Positions 24,964 through 38,533 of a DNA stretch of 64,000 nt are shown in pieces (positions within the stretch are counted from its first letter, which is position 1; every line of letters begins with the position of its first letter). The notes beneath the pieces are model-generated. The model was not told where the DNA came from. It made no database searches and worked only from the letters and a program-made list of their open reading frames with translations. This DNA is from Eledone cirrhosa (lineage: Eukaryota), in the NCBI GenBank assembly GCA_964016885.1, contig CAXHJY010001222.1, positions 10,544-74,543 of the forward strand, read 5' to 3'. A program made the translations under genes and the position numbers.

Positions 24964-25420
24964 CATATATACATACTTGCAAACAGACATATATGTGAAC
25001 ATATATACATACATACATGGTAACATACATACATAGAGACATACATGCATACATGTGAACATATTGACATGCATGTGAATATACATACATACATGTGAAC
25101 ATACATACATGTGAACATACATACATGACAAGATATATACATATATGTGAACATATACTCATACATGCATACATACATACACACATATATACATACACAC
25201 AAACAAACATACATACATAATACATACATACACACAAATATACATACATACACACACATTGATACATATATACGTACATACATACATACATACATACAAA
25301 TATACATACATAATACATAATACACACATACACACAAATATACATACATACAGACATACATACATATATACAGACATACAGACATATATACATACATACA
25401 TATATACATACATACATGCG
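24964..25420. repeat. Degenerate (CATA)n low-complexity tract
   Basis: Read directly. A similar tract lies at about 27135-27570. Confidence 0.9.
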
Positions 25421-25949
25421 ATCCTACAGTCAACTCTCCAACCCTCCTCCTCGTCGCCCTCTCTTTATCCCCTTTCTCTCTATCTATTAGACTGTGTCAT
25501 TTCTGTCTGTCTTATTATCTCCCTTGTGATCTTATTCCCATGTTCTAAATTCTTCATCTAATCATCGGCAGCCTACTTCCCCTATCAAATTGCTTGGACT
25601 CCACCCCGTTTTTAAATCGATCTATCAGACCGTGTATCTTCTCATTTGTCACTTAAGCATCAATGCTTGTTATTCCCAGCCTTCTTTAATTCTTTTTATT
25701 TTATTGTATTGTATTTTATTTTATTTTATATTTTTTTATATATATATCTTCATCTTCCTTGCCCTCCCACCCACAAACACAAAAATAATAATAATAACAA
25801 TATTAATAATAACACAACACAACAAAACCGAACAAACAAACAAATATACATACAAAGGCAAGAAAAAAAAAAAAAAAAAATTAGAAAAATACATGATGGA
25901 AAAGAATAAAATGTTAAATAAAAACAACAGTAAAACACACAACCATCAC

Positions 25950-26440
25950 TCCTACCACCACCACCACCTCCACCACTACTCCAACCGACGACGACGACAA
26001 CCACAATAACAAAAAACAACAACAGCAACAGAAGCAACAACAACAACAAAAATATATGATAGAAAAAAGTTATATAAAAACAACACTAAAACCCACCTCC
26101 ACGATCACCACCACCACCACCACCACCATCACCACTACCACCACCACAACCACAACCACCACCATAACCATCACCACTACCACTACCACCACCACCACCA
26201 CCTCCAATAACAGCAACAACAACAACACCACCACCATCACCATCACCACCACCACCACCGACACCACCACTACCACCAACGCCACCACCACCAACACCAC
26301 CTCAATTATCACCACCACTACCACCACGACCAGCACCACCAGCCGCACCACCACCACCACCACTACCACTACCTCAACCGACGGCAACAACAACAACAAC
26401 AACAACAACAGCAACAACAATAAAAATAAAAACCACCAAC
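25950..26440. repeat. (ACC)n/(AAC)n trinucleotide tracts
   Basis: Read directly. Confidence 0.9.
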
Positions 26441-26509
26441 AACAACTGAATGTGACAGAAGAATTATAGTTATTTTCTCAACCTCCTTTCTTCTATTTAA
26501 GGAGAAAAT

Positions 26510-26720
26510 GCTCCGGAAATGAAAACTGGTCTGTTGGATAGCGAGCAGGAAATTATCTTTGTAAAAACCGGTTTCTCAACGAAACTAAAAATGACCGGAG
26601 CTTGAACACAAAAATTGGGATTTTCCTGCCGGCGTCCGGCGAGATTGGACAAGAAGTGGGAGATGGGAGGCTTTTGGCGGGAAATGAAGATGACTTTGTT
26701 TCGTCGTTAATTCTCGCTAA
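26510..26720. promoter_or_regulatory. Possible promoter-like CpG-rich patch
   Basis: E2F consensus TTTGGCGGGAAA (26673-26684), inverted CCAAT (26644-26648), ETS-like CCGGAAAT (~26513), and local CpG enrichment. No linked gene was found. Confidence 0.3.
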
Positions 26721-26763
26721 TTTCCCCTTTGCTGTGTACTCTTCTTCTTCTTTGCCGCCTCCG

Positions 26764-26927
26764 TCTTCTTCTTCTTCTTCTTCTTCTTCTTCTTCTTCTT
26801 CTTCTTCTTCTTCTTCTTCTTCTTCTTCTTCTTCTTCTTCTTCTTCTTCTTCTTCTTCTTCTTCTTCTTCTTCTTCTTCTCACCCCCTCCTCCTCCCCCT
26901 CTTCTTCTTCTTCTTCTTCTTCTTCTT
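26764..26927. repeat. (TTC)n microsatellite
   Basis: Read directly. Confidence 0.95.
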
Positions 26928-27186
26928 TTCCTCTCTTTATCGGACACCTCCCAACCCCACCGCCAAATCGTCCGATCAGTCACCGTCCAATAACCTAACT
27001 AAACTACACCCACCCATAGCAAAACACACCACAACACACAATAATATAATTTGTATTTGTTGTTGTTGATGTTGTTTTCATCTAACAAATATATTTTCTT
27101 GTTCCTCCCCCTCCTCTCACCATGTATTCTTGTGTACATATATGCATGTGAACATACATACATATATGCATATATACATAATATAT

Positions 27187-27232
<46 letters not shown>

Positions 27233-27574
27233 ATATGTATATACATATATATGTATATATATATACATCATATATATATATATTTATATATATATATATA
27301 TATATAAGTACATGTATACTTGTGTACATACATACATGCAGGCATACTTAGACAGACATATGAACATGCATAATACATACAGACACATATGCATGCATTC
27401 ATACACGTGAACATACATACATACATATATACTTATATACATGCATATATACATACATACATGTCAACAACCATATATAAATGCATACATGTGAATTTTA
27501 CAGACATACATACATTTATACATACATATATGCATATATACATACATACATTTATACATACATACATATACAGT

Positions 27575-29572
27575 CAACGCGATCAGTCGCATATTTTGGC
27601 GTGGGAGACTATTTATTAAATTTAAGATGAATACTATCTCCGACAGTAATGCCACAACTACAGTCATGTTGAATAACTGGTTATTCTTCTAACTATATCT
27701 TCTGAAGACACCTTTTATTCGAATTCGTAGAGATATCCGACTAAATACATAATTCATTTTACAAGGATTTGCTACAAACAGTATGGCTGAACACAATATC
27801 AACAACAAAATTAAGGAAGTATCGAAGACAAACAACGAGAAAGGTACACAATTCAGTTGTAGCTACAGAAGAAACTGAAATTATAAATCGCATTTCTCTT
27901 GGAGTTGCGAACTTAATGATGATTTATTTAATTGTTATAAAAGGGCAAAACACAATCCCTCCATTGGCTATATGAACAGAATGAAGCTACACTGGGACGA
28001 AATGCGTCCAGAACTAAATTATTTCACAGCGAAACAATTACGCCAACAAGCGACGTTTGTTGAGCATAAAAATAAGATAAATATTATTAATTGTAAGTCC
28101 CCCACAACAAACATGGAATCAACAAAACGTGCTACAAGTCGCCATGCTACTAGACTTCCTAGCAGCCAGGTCGAACAGTGCTTTGAAACAACTATGCCTG
28201 TAAGAAACTTGACACCACGTGTACCATCTAAGTCTACCTCGAATGCTGGGGAAAACACTATCGATAATAATAATAATCGAAGTAATAATAATAATTGTTT
28301 CTACTTTTGGCACATTACTGGTACTTTATTTTATCGATCCCCGTAAGGATGAAAGGCAAAGTTAACCTCGGCGGGATTTGAACTCAGACCGTAAAGGGAC
28401 GCAACTATGCTAGAATGCATGGCGTCCAACCCTCTACCGATACTGCCAATTCACCGCCCATATCGAAGCAATAATAATAATAATCGAAGAAATTTGACAC
28501 CACGTGTACCATCTGAGTCTACCTCGACTATTGTGGAAAATACTGTCGATAATGATAATAATCAAAAGTATAAACAATTGAAAATTTTCCTGAACGAAAT
28601 CTTCCAGAGAGAAATTAATTCATGTATAAACATCTCTCTTGCTGAACGTTTTAAAACGACGATGTTTAATAAAAAACCAAATAATGAAATATTACGTGTT
28701 ATTGACGAAATAGGGGATGAATATTTACGACGGATAAAAACCTCAACATTTTGGCAAATCAACACCTGTTTATATGGCTTAGCAACGACAGTGAAGTATT
28801 ATCTTGGTGATAGCAGAGATATTAACAAGAACAGAACACCACCAAAAATACCATCATATATAACTAACATAGAAAAAAAGATTGCTGACCTACGAAAAAC
28901 CATAGGATATGTGACAATGCTCCTTACATGCAAACAAACACAAAAAAACCTCACCAACAAAGAGTGAAAAAAAAAATAGATACGATGTTTGGTTACAGTA
29001 GAACCAGAACTCTTCAATATAAGCTGATCACCCTCAAACAAGAATTGAGAGCTGTTAACGAAAACACGCCGATACCTGAAGAAGGTAGATGAGAGAAAAG
29101 TGCTTAATAAAAGATTCAGACGAAACCAAACATCAGTCTATAGAGATATGAAGAACAAAATAATAAGCGTCCCAGAAAGACATAGATTCCTTTTGGAGCA
29201 AAATATGGGGTGAAAAGAATTTCAACCAAGATGCAGTGTGCCTAAAAGAAATCCGAAAGAATTAGTGCTCCTCCACTACAACATAAACATACGAATAACC
29301 AGAAGAACAAACTCTATGCCAAGAACATGGATGGGATGAAGAAAAATGTTGACCTGGTTACAACGTTCTCAAAGGATATAGGAATGGAGTTTGGCCATGA
29401 TAAATGCACATACATGACTGTAAAGCGGGGGAAACAACAACCCAATCTAGCAACATTGTCATCAATGGTCTAACTGTTTCACCGATATCTGATGAGGACT
29501 GCTACAGATACCAGGGGATAGATGAGAACATATCCTATAATGGCATCTGTAATAAGGAACGCGTAACTAGGG
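27575..29572 (+). mobile_element. Internally deleted R4/Dong-like (RLE-type) non-LTR retrotransposon remnant
   Basis: Fragments include GYMNRMKLHWDEMRPELNYFTAKQLRQQA, PPKIPSYITNIEKKIADLRKTIG and NKRFRRNQTSVYRDMK, plus the late-RT segment FSKDIGMEFGHDKC...YRYQGIDE near 29366-29530. The central RT motifs are missing. Confidence 0.7.
28294..28461 (-). mobile_element. SINE family B copy inserted into the R4/Dong-like remnant
   Basis: Reverse-complement consensus with a ~20-bp flanking duplication atcgaag(t/c)aataataataat. Confidence 0.85.
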
Positions 29573-29574
29573 AA

Positions 29575-29750
29575 TGGTAGTGGTAGTGGTGGTGGTAGTG
29601 GTAGTGGTAGTGGTAGTGGTGGTGGTGGTGCAATGGCAACTACTACAATTATGATGAAAATAATGATGACGATGGTAACGATGATGATAAAGGTGATGAT
29701 GATGAGGATGGTGATGATGATGTTGATGATGACAATAATGATGATGATGG

Positions 29751-29782
<32 letters not shown>
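29575..29782. repeat. (GGTAGT)n/(GAT)n microsatellite
   Basis: Read directly. Confidence 0.9.
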
Positions 29783-29902
29783 AATGTTGTTATTGTTAAT
29801 TCCAACGATGACCATCCCATCCGAACTAAATAATAATTATATTATTGTATTTTGGACAACACTATTCAATGTCTTTCAAAGTGACCGACAACCTAAAAAT
29901 AA

Positions 29903-30017
29903 TTGTTTCTACGTTTGGCACAAGGCCAACAATTATCCCAGTGTATTACTGTTACTTTATTTTATCGACCTCGTAAGGATGAAAGGCAAAGTTAACCTCG
30001 GTGGGATTTGAACTCAG
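29903..30017 (-). mobile_element. 5'-truncated SINE family B copy with a target-site duplication
   Basis: gacaacctaaaaataat is duplicated at about 29887-29903 and 30017-30033. Confidence 0.85.
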
Positions 30018-30217
30018 ACAACCTAAAAATAATGCAGTTAAACAACGCGACCGATGAAAAATAAGGAGCAATTTCCAATATGATATTGGAAATCCTAAAG
30101 TTAAGTCCATCAGTCGAAACTTGAATGGCTTACCAAAGGAAATCCGAATACATCTCGAAAACAAAACACCATATCTTCGACCGTACACGCATCCATATCA
30201 ACATATGGATGCGTGTA

Positions 30218-30272
<55 letters not shown>

Positions 30273-30325
30273 GGAGTGGGTTGTTCTGAAACCGAGTAGC
30301 TGGTTGGTGGTAATGAGCGTAAACA

Positions 30326-32109
30326 TGATGGTCGAGTACTGCTCAATTCCAGGCAGCTGTGTACTGCTTTTCAGGGACACTTTTCACAACTGTTCAGGGT
30401 GAGCCAGATGACGGAGAGGGTAATAGACTGTATTTACTACTTTTACAACGATTCTTGAAGGAAGATGCGAAATGCTGCGCTAGCTCGATAAGAGCAGCTG
30501 AAAGGCGGATGGCTGCGAAGCGTTAGTCGAGGCCCAGAAGACAAGTGGGAATGGTTTGCTCTTCAAGCTTTAGACAGTTATGATAGATTTGTTTGCCTAT
30601 GTCCTTGCAGCCGTGTACTTCTCCTGGTAGCTGAACGAGAGAATTCATATTTCTGGGAGCAATGACACTGATGAAGAAGGACGTGAACAAGGTGGAATAA
30701 TTAAAACTTTCGGGCACATAACTGCTCATCACAGAGTTTAAAATGTTGGCCAATGTGGTAGCAAAGAGTTCTCTGCTTGTCGACGAGAGCTAGGTCGGAA
30801 AGCCAGTCATGAACAATCCCGATCAGGTCTATGCACGACATTCTCCATTTGATGCGATAAATTATAGAGACCATAGGCAATATCTTGGCTTTGACACTGA
30901 CCAATTTCGATTAATCGAAAGCCTTTCATAGGTCGACCATTAATACCTGTAGGGTGTCCTGAACGCAGTCAATTTCAGTTCCCCCTAGAGAGGCTGGATA
31001 TCTCCAATGCTCGGTCGTCAGACTACTTGACCACCATCGGACCCATTTCAGATCAAAGAGCTCGGTTCGTTCAGGAAGCCCTCTCCCCTCTCTTTTGTAT
31101 GTGCTGGTTCTCGGGCCACTAGTACGGAGACTAGAAATGTTGAAGATCATCCCGCCTGGGCGTTGTCACAGAGAAAGATTTGAAGACCTCAAATAGAGAT
31201 GTATTCGGCAAATTCAGTGGACAAAACTTATCACTGACAAATCTGTATGTATGCAGCTAAGCACCAGGTGAGATAAGTCTATGCTATCCAACAGTGTCGT
31301 GAGCCGCTTGTTGGAGTGACTGTTCGTTTAAATTGCTCGGGGTCTGAATTGGTTCGGACCTTCAGAAATGGGCCAAATGGAAGCTCTCCATGAAAGGTAG
31401 GCCAGAGGTGGTGAACGCGTACATCACCTTCGTTATATATTACCGTCTGACTGCCATTGCCGTACCCCCATGTCTTGTCGTACTAGTCTGAGAGCCTACG
31501 CTTTCAGTTTTTTCAGAAGGGATTCATTTTATTCGTCAGATAATCTATCTGTTGCCAACAACTTTTGCCTGGAGTGCTCGAATGTCGCGTCAAGTTGGGC
31601 AATACGGTCAGTGGAAATTGCATATTAGTGTTCTATAGAAGACTAGCGTTGGGCAAGAGCAAGGGCATTGTTGGAGAAACTCATGATGTCGACCAGGATG
31701 TATTGACTAGTCAGTTCTAGATGACTTTTGATCAGAGGGTTATGGACAATTTCCAGTAATACCCGGTCTGGGAGTACTACCAGGGAAAACTATCGGTTTG
31801 TAACAAACTCTACAGATACGGGAGTGCTATCAGATAGACCTGTCTGAGATGCGCGCAGAGCGATGAAACCATTCTGCACGCACTCGTCTGGTCTGGTAGT
31901 ACTACCGGGGAAAACTATCGATTTGTAACAAACTCTACAGACACGGAAGTGCTATCAGATAGACTTGTTTGAGATGCGCGCAGAACGATGAAACCATTCT
32001 GCACGCACGCGTCCAGTGTCATATTAAATGGAACACACTCAGCCATCGCTTGTATAATGGAAAGAATAGACGAGAGAGAGAGAGAGAGTGAGAGAGGGAG
32101 AGAGAGAGG

Positions 32110-32152
<43 letters not shown>

Positions 32153-32398
32153 GAGAGAGAGAGAGGGGGGGGGGGGACATAACTCTGGTGCTCTCGGTAA
32201 TTGGAATGACCCTAAATCAGTTGGGTTTCGTAGCTACCCCTAATTGGTGCTTTAAGCTATTCGGCAATTCTGCTGTTATAAATTCATTGTTCCATCGTTT
32301 CCTGTTTCACTTCCGTTTACTCGTTTTATATAAATCCTCACTGTCTCTGTTCATTTGTATTGCCCGTTGTGCTTTGGCCCGACTGGCTAATAAAGGAA
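30326..32398 (+). mobile_element. Old, heavily decayed Tx1-type LINE ORF2/3'UTR remnant
   Basis: Recognisable homology to the intact ORF2: DGRVLLNSRQLCTAFQGHFSQLF near 30326, ...TEFKMLANVVAK near 30730, SKAFHRSTI near 30915, LLGV*IGSDL near 31333, and MDNFQ plus CLRCAQSDETILHA near 31740-31880. Many stops and frameshifts. A family-type 3' end, gcccgactggctaataaa, lies at 32377-32394. Confidence 0.8.
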
Positions 32399-32567
32399 TC
32401 AATGTAGCATGGAAGGGAGACTACTGATCTTGATAATGGCATTGGTGGAGGTAAAGAATAATAGCAAGATTGGTGGTGGTGGTGGTGGGGTGTAATGTTG
32501 TGATAAAATGTGTTAGATTTCGATTCGATCTTGATGATTCTGGCGTTACTGAATTATTAATGACAAC

Positions 32568-32645
32568 TACGGGGTCGATAAAATAAAGTACCAGTAATAC
32601 ACTGGTTTAATTGCTGGCCTTGTGCCAAAAGTAGAAACAATTATT
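32568..32645 (+). mobile_element. SINE family B 3' fragment immediately before the satellite
   Basis: tacggggtcgataaaataaagtaccag...gctggccttgtgccaaaagtagaaacaatt. Confidence 0.8.
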
Positions 32646-32659
32646 TTTGACAACAATAG

Positions 32660-32930
32660 AAAATGATGGGGATGATGGTGCTGATGATGATGGTGGTAAG
32701 GTGGTGGTAGTGGTAATGGTAGTTTTGTTGGTTGTGGTGATAGTGTTGGTGCTGGGGTTGTTGTTGGTGGTAGTTGTGGTGGTAGTGTTGCTAATGCTGT
32801 TGTTGTAGGTGGTGTTGGTAGTGGTGTTAGTGTTGGTGGTGTTGATGTTGGTGGTGGTGTTTGTGGTGGTGGTGTTGGTACTGGAGTTGTTGTTATTAGT
32901 GGTGTTAGTATTGGTGGTGTTAGTGTTGGT
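32660..32930. repeat. Degenerate GAT/GGT/GTT trinucleotide tract leading into the satellite
   Basis: Triplet-phased low-complexity sequence with partial core motifs (gtagtgttgctaatgct near 32782). Confidence 0.8.
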
Positions 32931-35900
32931 TGTAGTGGTAGTGATGGTAATGCCGTTGTTGGTGGTGGTGTTGGTGTTGGTGTTGGTTGTAGTGGTAGTG
33001 TTGGTAATGCCGTTGTTGTTGTTGTTGGAGGTGGTGTTGGTTGTAGTGGTAGTGTTGGTAATGCCGTTGTTGGTGGTGGTGTTGGTGTTGGTTGTAGTGG
33101 TACTGTTGGTAATGCCGTTGTTGGTGGTGGTGTTGGTGTTGGTGGTAGTGGTAGTGTTGGTAATGCTGTTGTCGTTGGTGGTGGTGGTGTTGGTGTTGGT
33201 TGTAGTGGTAGTGTTGGTAATGCCGTTGTTGTTGGTGGTGGTGGTGTTGGTGTTGGTTGTAGTGGTAGTGTTGGTAATGCCGTTGTTGGTGGTGGTGTTG
33301 GTGTTGGTTGTAGTGGTAGTGTTGGTAATGCCGTTGTTGGTGGTGGTGTTGGTGTTGGTTGTAGTGGTAGTGTTGGTAATGCCGTTGTTGGTGGTGGTGT
33401 TGGTGTTGGTTGTAGTGGTAGTGTTGGTAATGCCGTCGTTGGTGTTGGTGGTGGTGTTGGTGTTGGTTGTAGTGGTAGTGTTGGTAATGCCGTTGTTGTT
33501 GTTGTTGGTGGTGGTGGTGTTGGTTGTAGTGGTAGTGTTGGTAATGCCGTTGTTGTTGGTGGTGGTGGTGTTGGTGCTGGTTGTAGTGGAAGTGTTGGTA
33601 ATGCCGTTGTTGTTGGTGGTGGTGGTGCTGGTTGTAGTGGTAGTGTTGGTAATGCCGTTGTTGATGGTGGTGGTGGTGTTGGTGTTGGTTGTAGTGGTAG
33701 TGTTGGTAATGCCGTTGTTGGTGGTGGTGTTGGTGGTGTTGGTGGTTGTAGTGATAGTGTTGGTAATGCCGTTGTTGTTGGTGGTGTTGGTGTTGGTTGT
33801 AGTGGTAGTGTTGGTAATGCCGTTGTTGTTGTTGTTGGTGGTGTTGGTGTTGGTTGTAGTGGTAGTATTGGTAATGCCGTTGTTGGTGGTGGTGGTGTTG
33901 GTATTGGTTGTAGTGGTAGTGTTGGTAATGCCATTGTTGGTGGTGGTGTTGGTGTTGGTTGTAGTGGTAGTGTTGGTAATGCCGTTGTTGGTGGTGGTGT
34001 TGGTGTTGGTTGTAGTGGTAGTGTTGGTAATGCCTTTGTTGGTGGTGGTGGTGGTGTTGGTGTTAGTTGTAGTGGTAGTGTTGGTAATGCCATTGTTGGT
34101 GGTGGTGTTGGTGTTGGTGTTAGTTGTAGTGGTAGTGTTGGTAATGCCATTGTTGGTGGTGGTGTTGGTGTTGGTTGTAGTGGTAGTGTTGGTAATGCCG
34201 TTGTTGTTGTTGGTGGTGGTGTTGGTGTTGGTTGTAGTGGTAGTGTTGGTAATGCCGTTGTTGTTGGTGGTGGTGGTGTTGGTTGTAGTGGTAGTGTTGG
34301 TAATGCCGTTGTTGGTGTTGGTGTTGGTGTTGGTTGTAGTGTTAGTGTTGGTAATGCTGTTGTTGGTGGTGGTGGTGGTGTTGGTGTTGGTTGTAGTGGT
34401 AGTGTTGGTAATGCCGTTGTTGTTGGTGGTGGTGGTGTTGGTGTTAGTTGTAGTGGTAGTGTTGGTAATGCCATTGTTGGTGGTGGTGTTGGTGTTGGTT
34501 GTAGTGGTAGTGTTGGTAATGCCGTTGTTGTTGTTGGTGGTGGTGTTGGTGTTGGTTGTAGTGGTAGTGTTGGTAATGCCGTTGTTGTTGTTGGTGGTGG
34601 TGTTGGTGTTGGTTGTAGTGGTAGTGTTGGTAATGCCGTTGTTGTTGTTGGTGGTGGTGTTGGTGTTGGTTGTAGTGGTAGTGTTGGTAATGCCGTTGTT
34701 GTTGTTGGTGGTGGTGTTGGTTGTAGTGGTAGTGTTGGTAATGCCGGTGTGGGTGGTGGTGTTGATGTTGTTTGTAGTGGTAGTGTTGGTAATGCCGTTG
34801 TTGTTGTTGGTGGTGGTGTTGGTGTTAGTTGTAGTGTTGGTAATGCCGGTGTGGGTGGTGGTGTTGATGTTGTTTGTAGTGGTAGTGTTGGTAATGCCGT
34901 TGTTGGTGGTGGTGTTGGTGTTGGTTGTAGTGGTAGTGTTGGTAATGCCATTGTTGGTGGTGGTGTTGGTGTTGGTTGTAGTGGTAGTGTTGGTAATGCC
35001 GTTGTTGTTGTTGGTGGTGGTGTTGGTGTTGGTTGTAGTGGTAGTGTTGGTAATGCCGTTGTTGTTGTTGGTGGTGGTGTTGGTGTTGGTTGTAGTGGTA
35101 GTGTTGGTAATGCCGTTGTTGTTGGTGGTGGTGGTGTTGGTTGTAGTGGTAGTGTTGGTAATGCCGTTGTTGGTGTTGGTGTTGGTGTTGGTTGTAGTGT
35201 TAGTGTTGGTAATGCTGTTGTTGGTGGTGGTGGTGGTGTTGGTGTTGGTTGTAGTGGTAGTGTTGGTAATGCCGTTGTTGTTGGTGGTGGTGGTGTTAGT
35301 TGTAGTGGTAGTGTTGGTAATGCCGTTGTTGGTGGTGGTGTTGGTGTTGGTGTTGGTTTTAGTGGTAGTGTTGGTAATGCTGTTGTCGTTGGTGGTGGTG
35401 GTGTTGGTGTTGGTTGTAGTGGTAGTGTTGGTAATGCCGGTGTGGGTGGTGGTGTTGATGTTGGTTGTAGTGGTAGTGTTGGTAATGCCGTTGTTTTTGG
35501 TAGTGGTGGTGGTGGTTGTAGTGGTAGTGTTATTAATGCCGTTGTTGGTGGTGGTGGTGGTGTTGGTGTTGTTGGTTGTAGTGGTAGTGTTGGTAATGCC
35601 GTTGTTGTTGGTGGTGGTGGTGTTGGTGTTGGTTGTAGTGGTAGTGTTGGTAATGCTGTTGTCGTTGGTGGTGGTGGTGTTGGTGGTAGTGGTGGTTGTA
35701 GTGGTAGTGTTGGTAATGCCGTTGTTGTTGTTGTTGATGGTGGTGGTGGTTGTAGTGGTAGTGTTGGTAATGCCGTTGTTGGTGTTGGTGGTGGTGTTGG
35801 TGTTGGTTGTAGTGGTAGTGTTGGTAATGCCGGTGTTGGTGGTGGTGTTGGTGTTGGTTGTAGTGGTAGTGTTGGTAATGCCGTTGTTGTTGTTGGTGTT

Positions 35901-38499
35901 GGTTGTAGTGGTAGTGTTGGTAATGCCGTTGTTGTTGGTGGTGTTGGTGTTGGTTGTAGTGGTAGTGTTGGTAATGCCGTTGTTGGTGGTGGTGGTGTTG
36001 GTGTTGGTTGTAGTGGTAGTGTTGGTAATGCCGTTGTTGGTGGTGGTGTTGGTGTTGGTTGTAGTGGTAGTGTTGGTAATGCCGTTGTTGGTGTTGGTGG
36101 TGGTGTTGGTGTTGTTTGTAGTGGTAGTGTTGGTAATGCCGTTGTTGTTGTTGGTGGTGGTGTTGGTTGTAGTGGTAGTGTTGGTAATGCCGTTGTTGTT
36201 GTTGTTGATGGTGGTGGTGGTTGTAGTGGTAGTGTTGGTAATGCCGTTGTTGGTGTTGGTGGAGGTGTTGGTGTTGGTTGTAGTGGTAGTGTTGGTAATG
36301 CCGGTGTTGGTGGTGGTGTTGGTGTTGGTTGTAGTGGTAGTGTTGGTAATGCCGTTGTTGTTGTTGGTGTTGGTTGTAGTGGTAGTGTTGGTAATGCCGT
36401 TGTTGGTGGTGGTGTTGGTGGTGGTGTTGGTTGTAGTGGTAGTGTTGGTAATGCCGTTGTTGGTGGTGGTGGTGTTGGTTGTAGTGGTAGTGTTGGTAAT
36501 GCCGGTGTGGGTGGTGGTGTTGATGTTGGTTGTAGTGGTAGTGTTGGTAATGCCGTTGTTTTTGGTAGTGGTGGTGGTGGTTGTAGTGGTAGTGTTATTA
36601 ATGCCGTTGTTGGTGGTGGTGGTGGTGTTGGTGTTGTTGGTTGTAGTGGTAGTGTTGGTAATGCCGTTGTTGTTGGTGGTGGTGGTGTTGGTGTTGGTTG
36701 TAGTGGTAGTGTTGGTAATGCTGTTGTCGTTGGTGGTGGTGGTGTTGGTGGTGGTGGTTGTAGTGGTAGTGTTGGTAATGCCGTTGTTGTTGTTGGTGGT
36801 GGTGTTGGTGTTGGTTGTAGTGGTAGTGTTGGTAATGCCTTTGTTGGTGGTGGTGGTGGTGTTGGTGTTGGTTGTAGTGGTAGTGTTGGTAATGCCATTG
36901 TTGGTGGTGGTGGTGGTGGTGGTTGTAGTGGTAGTGTTGGTAATGCCGTTGTTGGTGATGTTGGTGTTGGTGTTGGTTGTAGTGGTAGTGTTGGTAATGC
37001 CGTTGTTGTTGTTGGTGGTGGTGTTGGTGTTGGTTGTAGTGGTAGTGTTGGTAATGCCGTTGTTGTTGTTGGTGGTGGTGTTGGTGTTGATTGTAGTGGT
37101 AGTGTTGGTAATGCTGTTGTTGTTGGTGGTGTTGGTGTTGGTTGTAGTGTTAGTGTTGGTAATGCCGTTGTTGGTGGTGGTGTTGGTGTTGGTTGTAGTG
37201 TTAGTGTTGGTAATGCCGTTGTTGGTGGTGGTGTTGGTGTTGGTTGTAGTGTTAGTGTTGGTAATGCCGTTGTTGTTGTTGGTGTTGGTGTTGGTGTTGG
37301 TTGTAGTGTTAGTGTTGGTAATGCCGTTGTTGGTGGTGGTGTTGGTGTTGGTTGTAGTGTTAGTGTTGGTAATGCCGTTGTTGGTGGTGGTGTTGGTGTT
37401 GGTTGTAGTGTTAGTGTTGGTAATGCCGTTGTTGTTGTTGGTGTTGGTGTTGGTGTTGGTTGTAGTGGTAGTGTTGGTAATGCCGTTGTTGGTGGTGGTG
37501 TTGGTGTTGGTTGTAGTGTTAGTGTTGGTAATGCCGTTGTTGGTGGTGGTGTTGGTGTTGGTTGTAGTGTTAGTGTTGGTAATGCCGTTGTTGTTGTTGG
37601 TGTTGGTGTTGGTGTTGGTTGTAGTGGTAGTGTTGGTAATGCCGTTGTTGGTGGTGGTGTTGGTGTTGGTTGTAGTGTTAGTGTTGGTAATGCCGTTGTT
37701 GTTGTTGGTGGTGGTGTTGGTGTTGATTGTAGTGGTAGTGTTGGTAATGCCGTTGTTGTTGGTGGTGTTGGTGTTGGTTGTAGTGTTAGTGTTGGTAATG
37801 CCGTTGTTGGTGGTGGTGTTGGTGTTGGTTGTAGTGTTAGTGTTGGTAATGCCGTTGTTGTTGTTGGTGTTGGTGTTGGTGTTGGTTGTAGTGGTAGTGT
37901 TGGTAATGCCGTTGTTGGTGGTGGTGTTGGTGTTGGTTGTAGTGTTAGTGTTGGTAATGCCGTTGTTGTTGTTGGTGGTGGTGTTGGTGTTGGTTGTAGT
38001 GGTAGTGTTGGTAATGCCGTTGTTGTTGTTGTTGTTGATGGTGGTGGTGGTTGTAGTGGTAGTGTTGGTAATGCCGTTGTTGGTGTTGGTGGTGGTGTTG
38101 GTTGTAGTGGTAGTGTTGGTAATGCCGGTGTTGGTGGTGGTGTTGGTGTTGGTTGTAGTGGTAGTGTTGGTAATGCCGTTGTTGGTGGTGGTGTTGGTGT
38201 TGGTTGTAGTGGTAGTGTTGGTAATGCCGGTGTTGGTGGTGGTGGTGTTGGTTGTAGTGGTAGTGTTGGTAATGCCGGTGTGGGTGGTGGTGTTGATGTT
38301 GTTTGTAGTGGTAGTGTTGGTAATGCCGTTGTTTTTGGTGGTGGTGGTGGTGTTGGTGTTGGTTGTAGTGGTAGTGTTGGTAATGCTGTTGTCGTTGGTG
38401 GTGGTGGTGTTGGTGGTGGTGGTTGTAGTGGTAGTGTTGGTAATGCCGTTGTTGTTGTTGGTGTTGGTGTTGGTTGTAGTGGTAGTGTTGGTAATGCCG

Positions 38500-38533
<34 letters not shown>

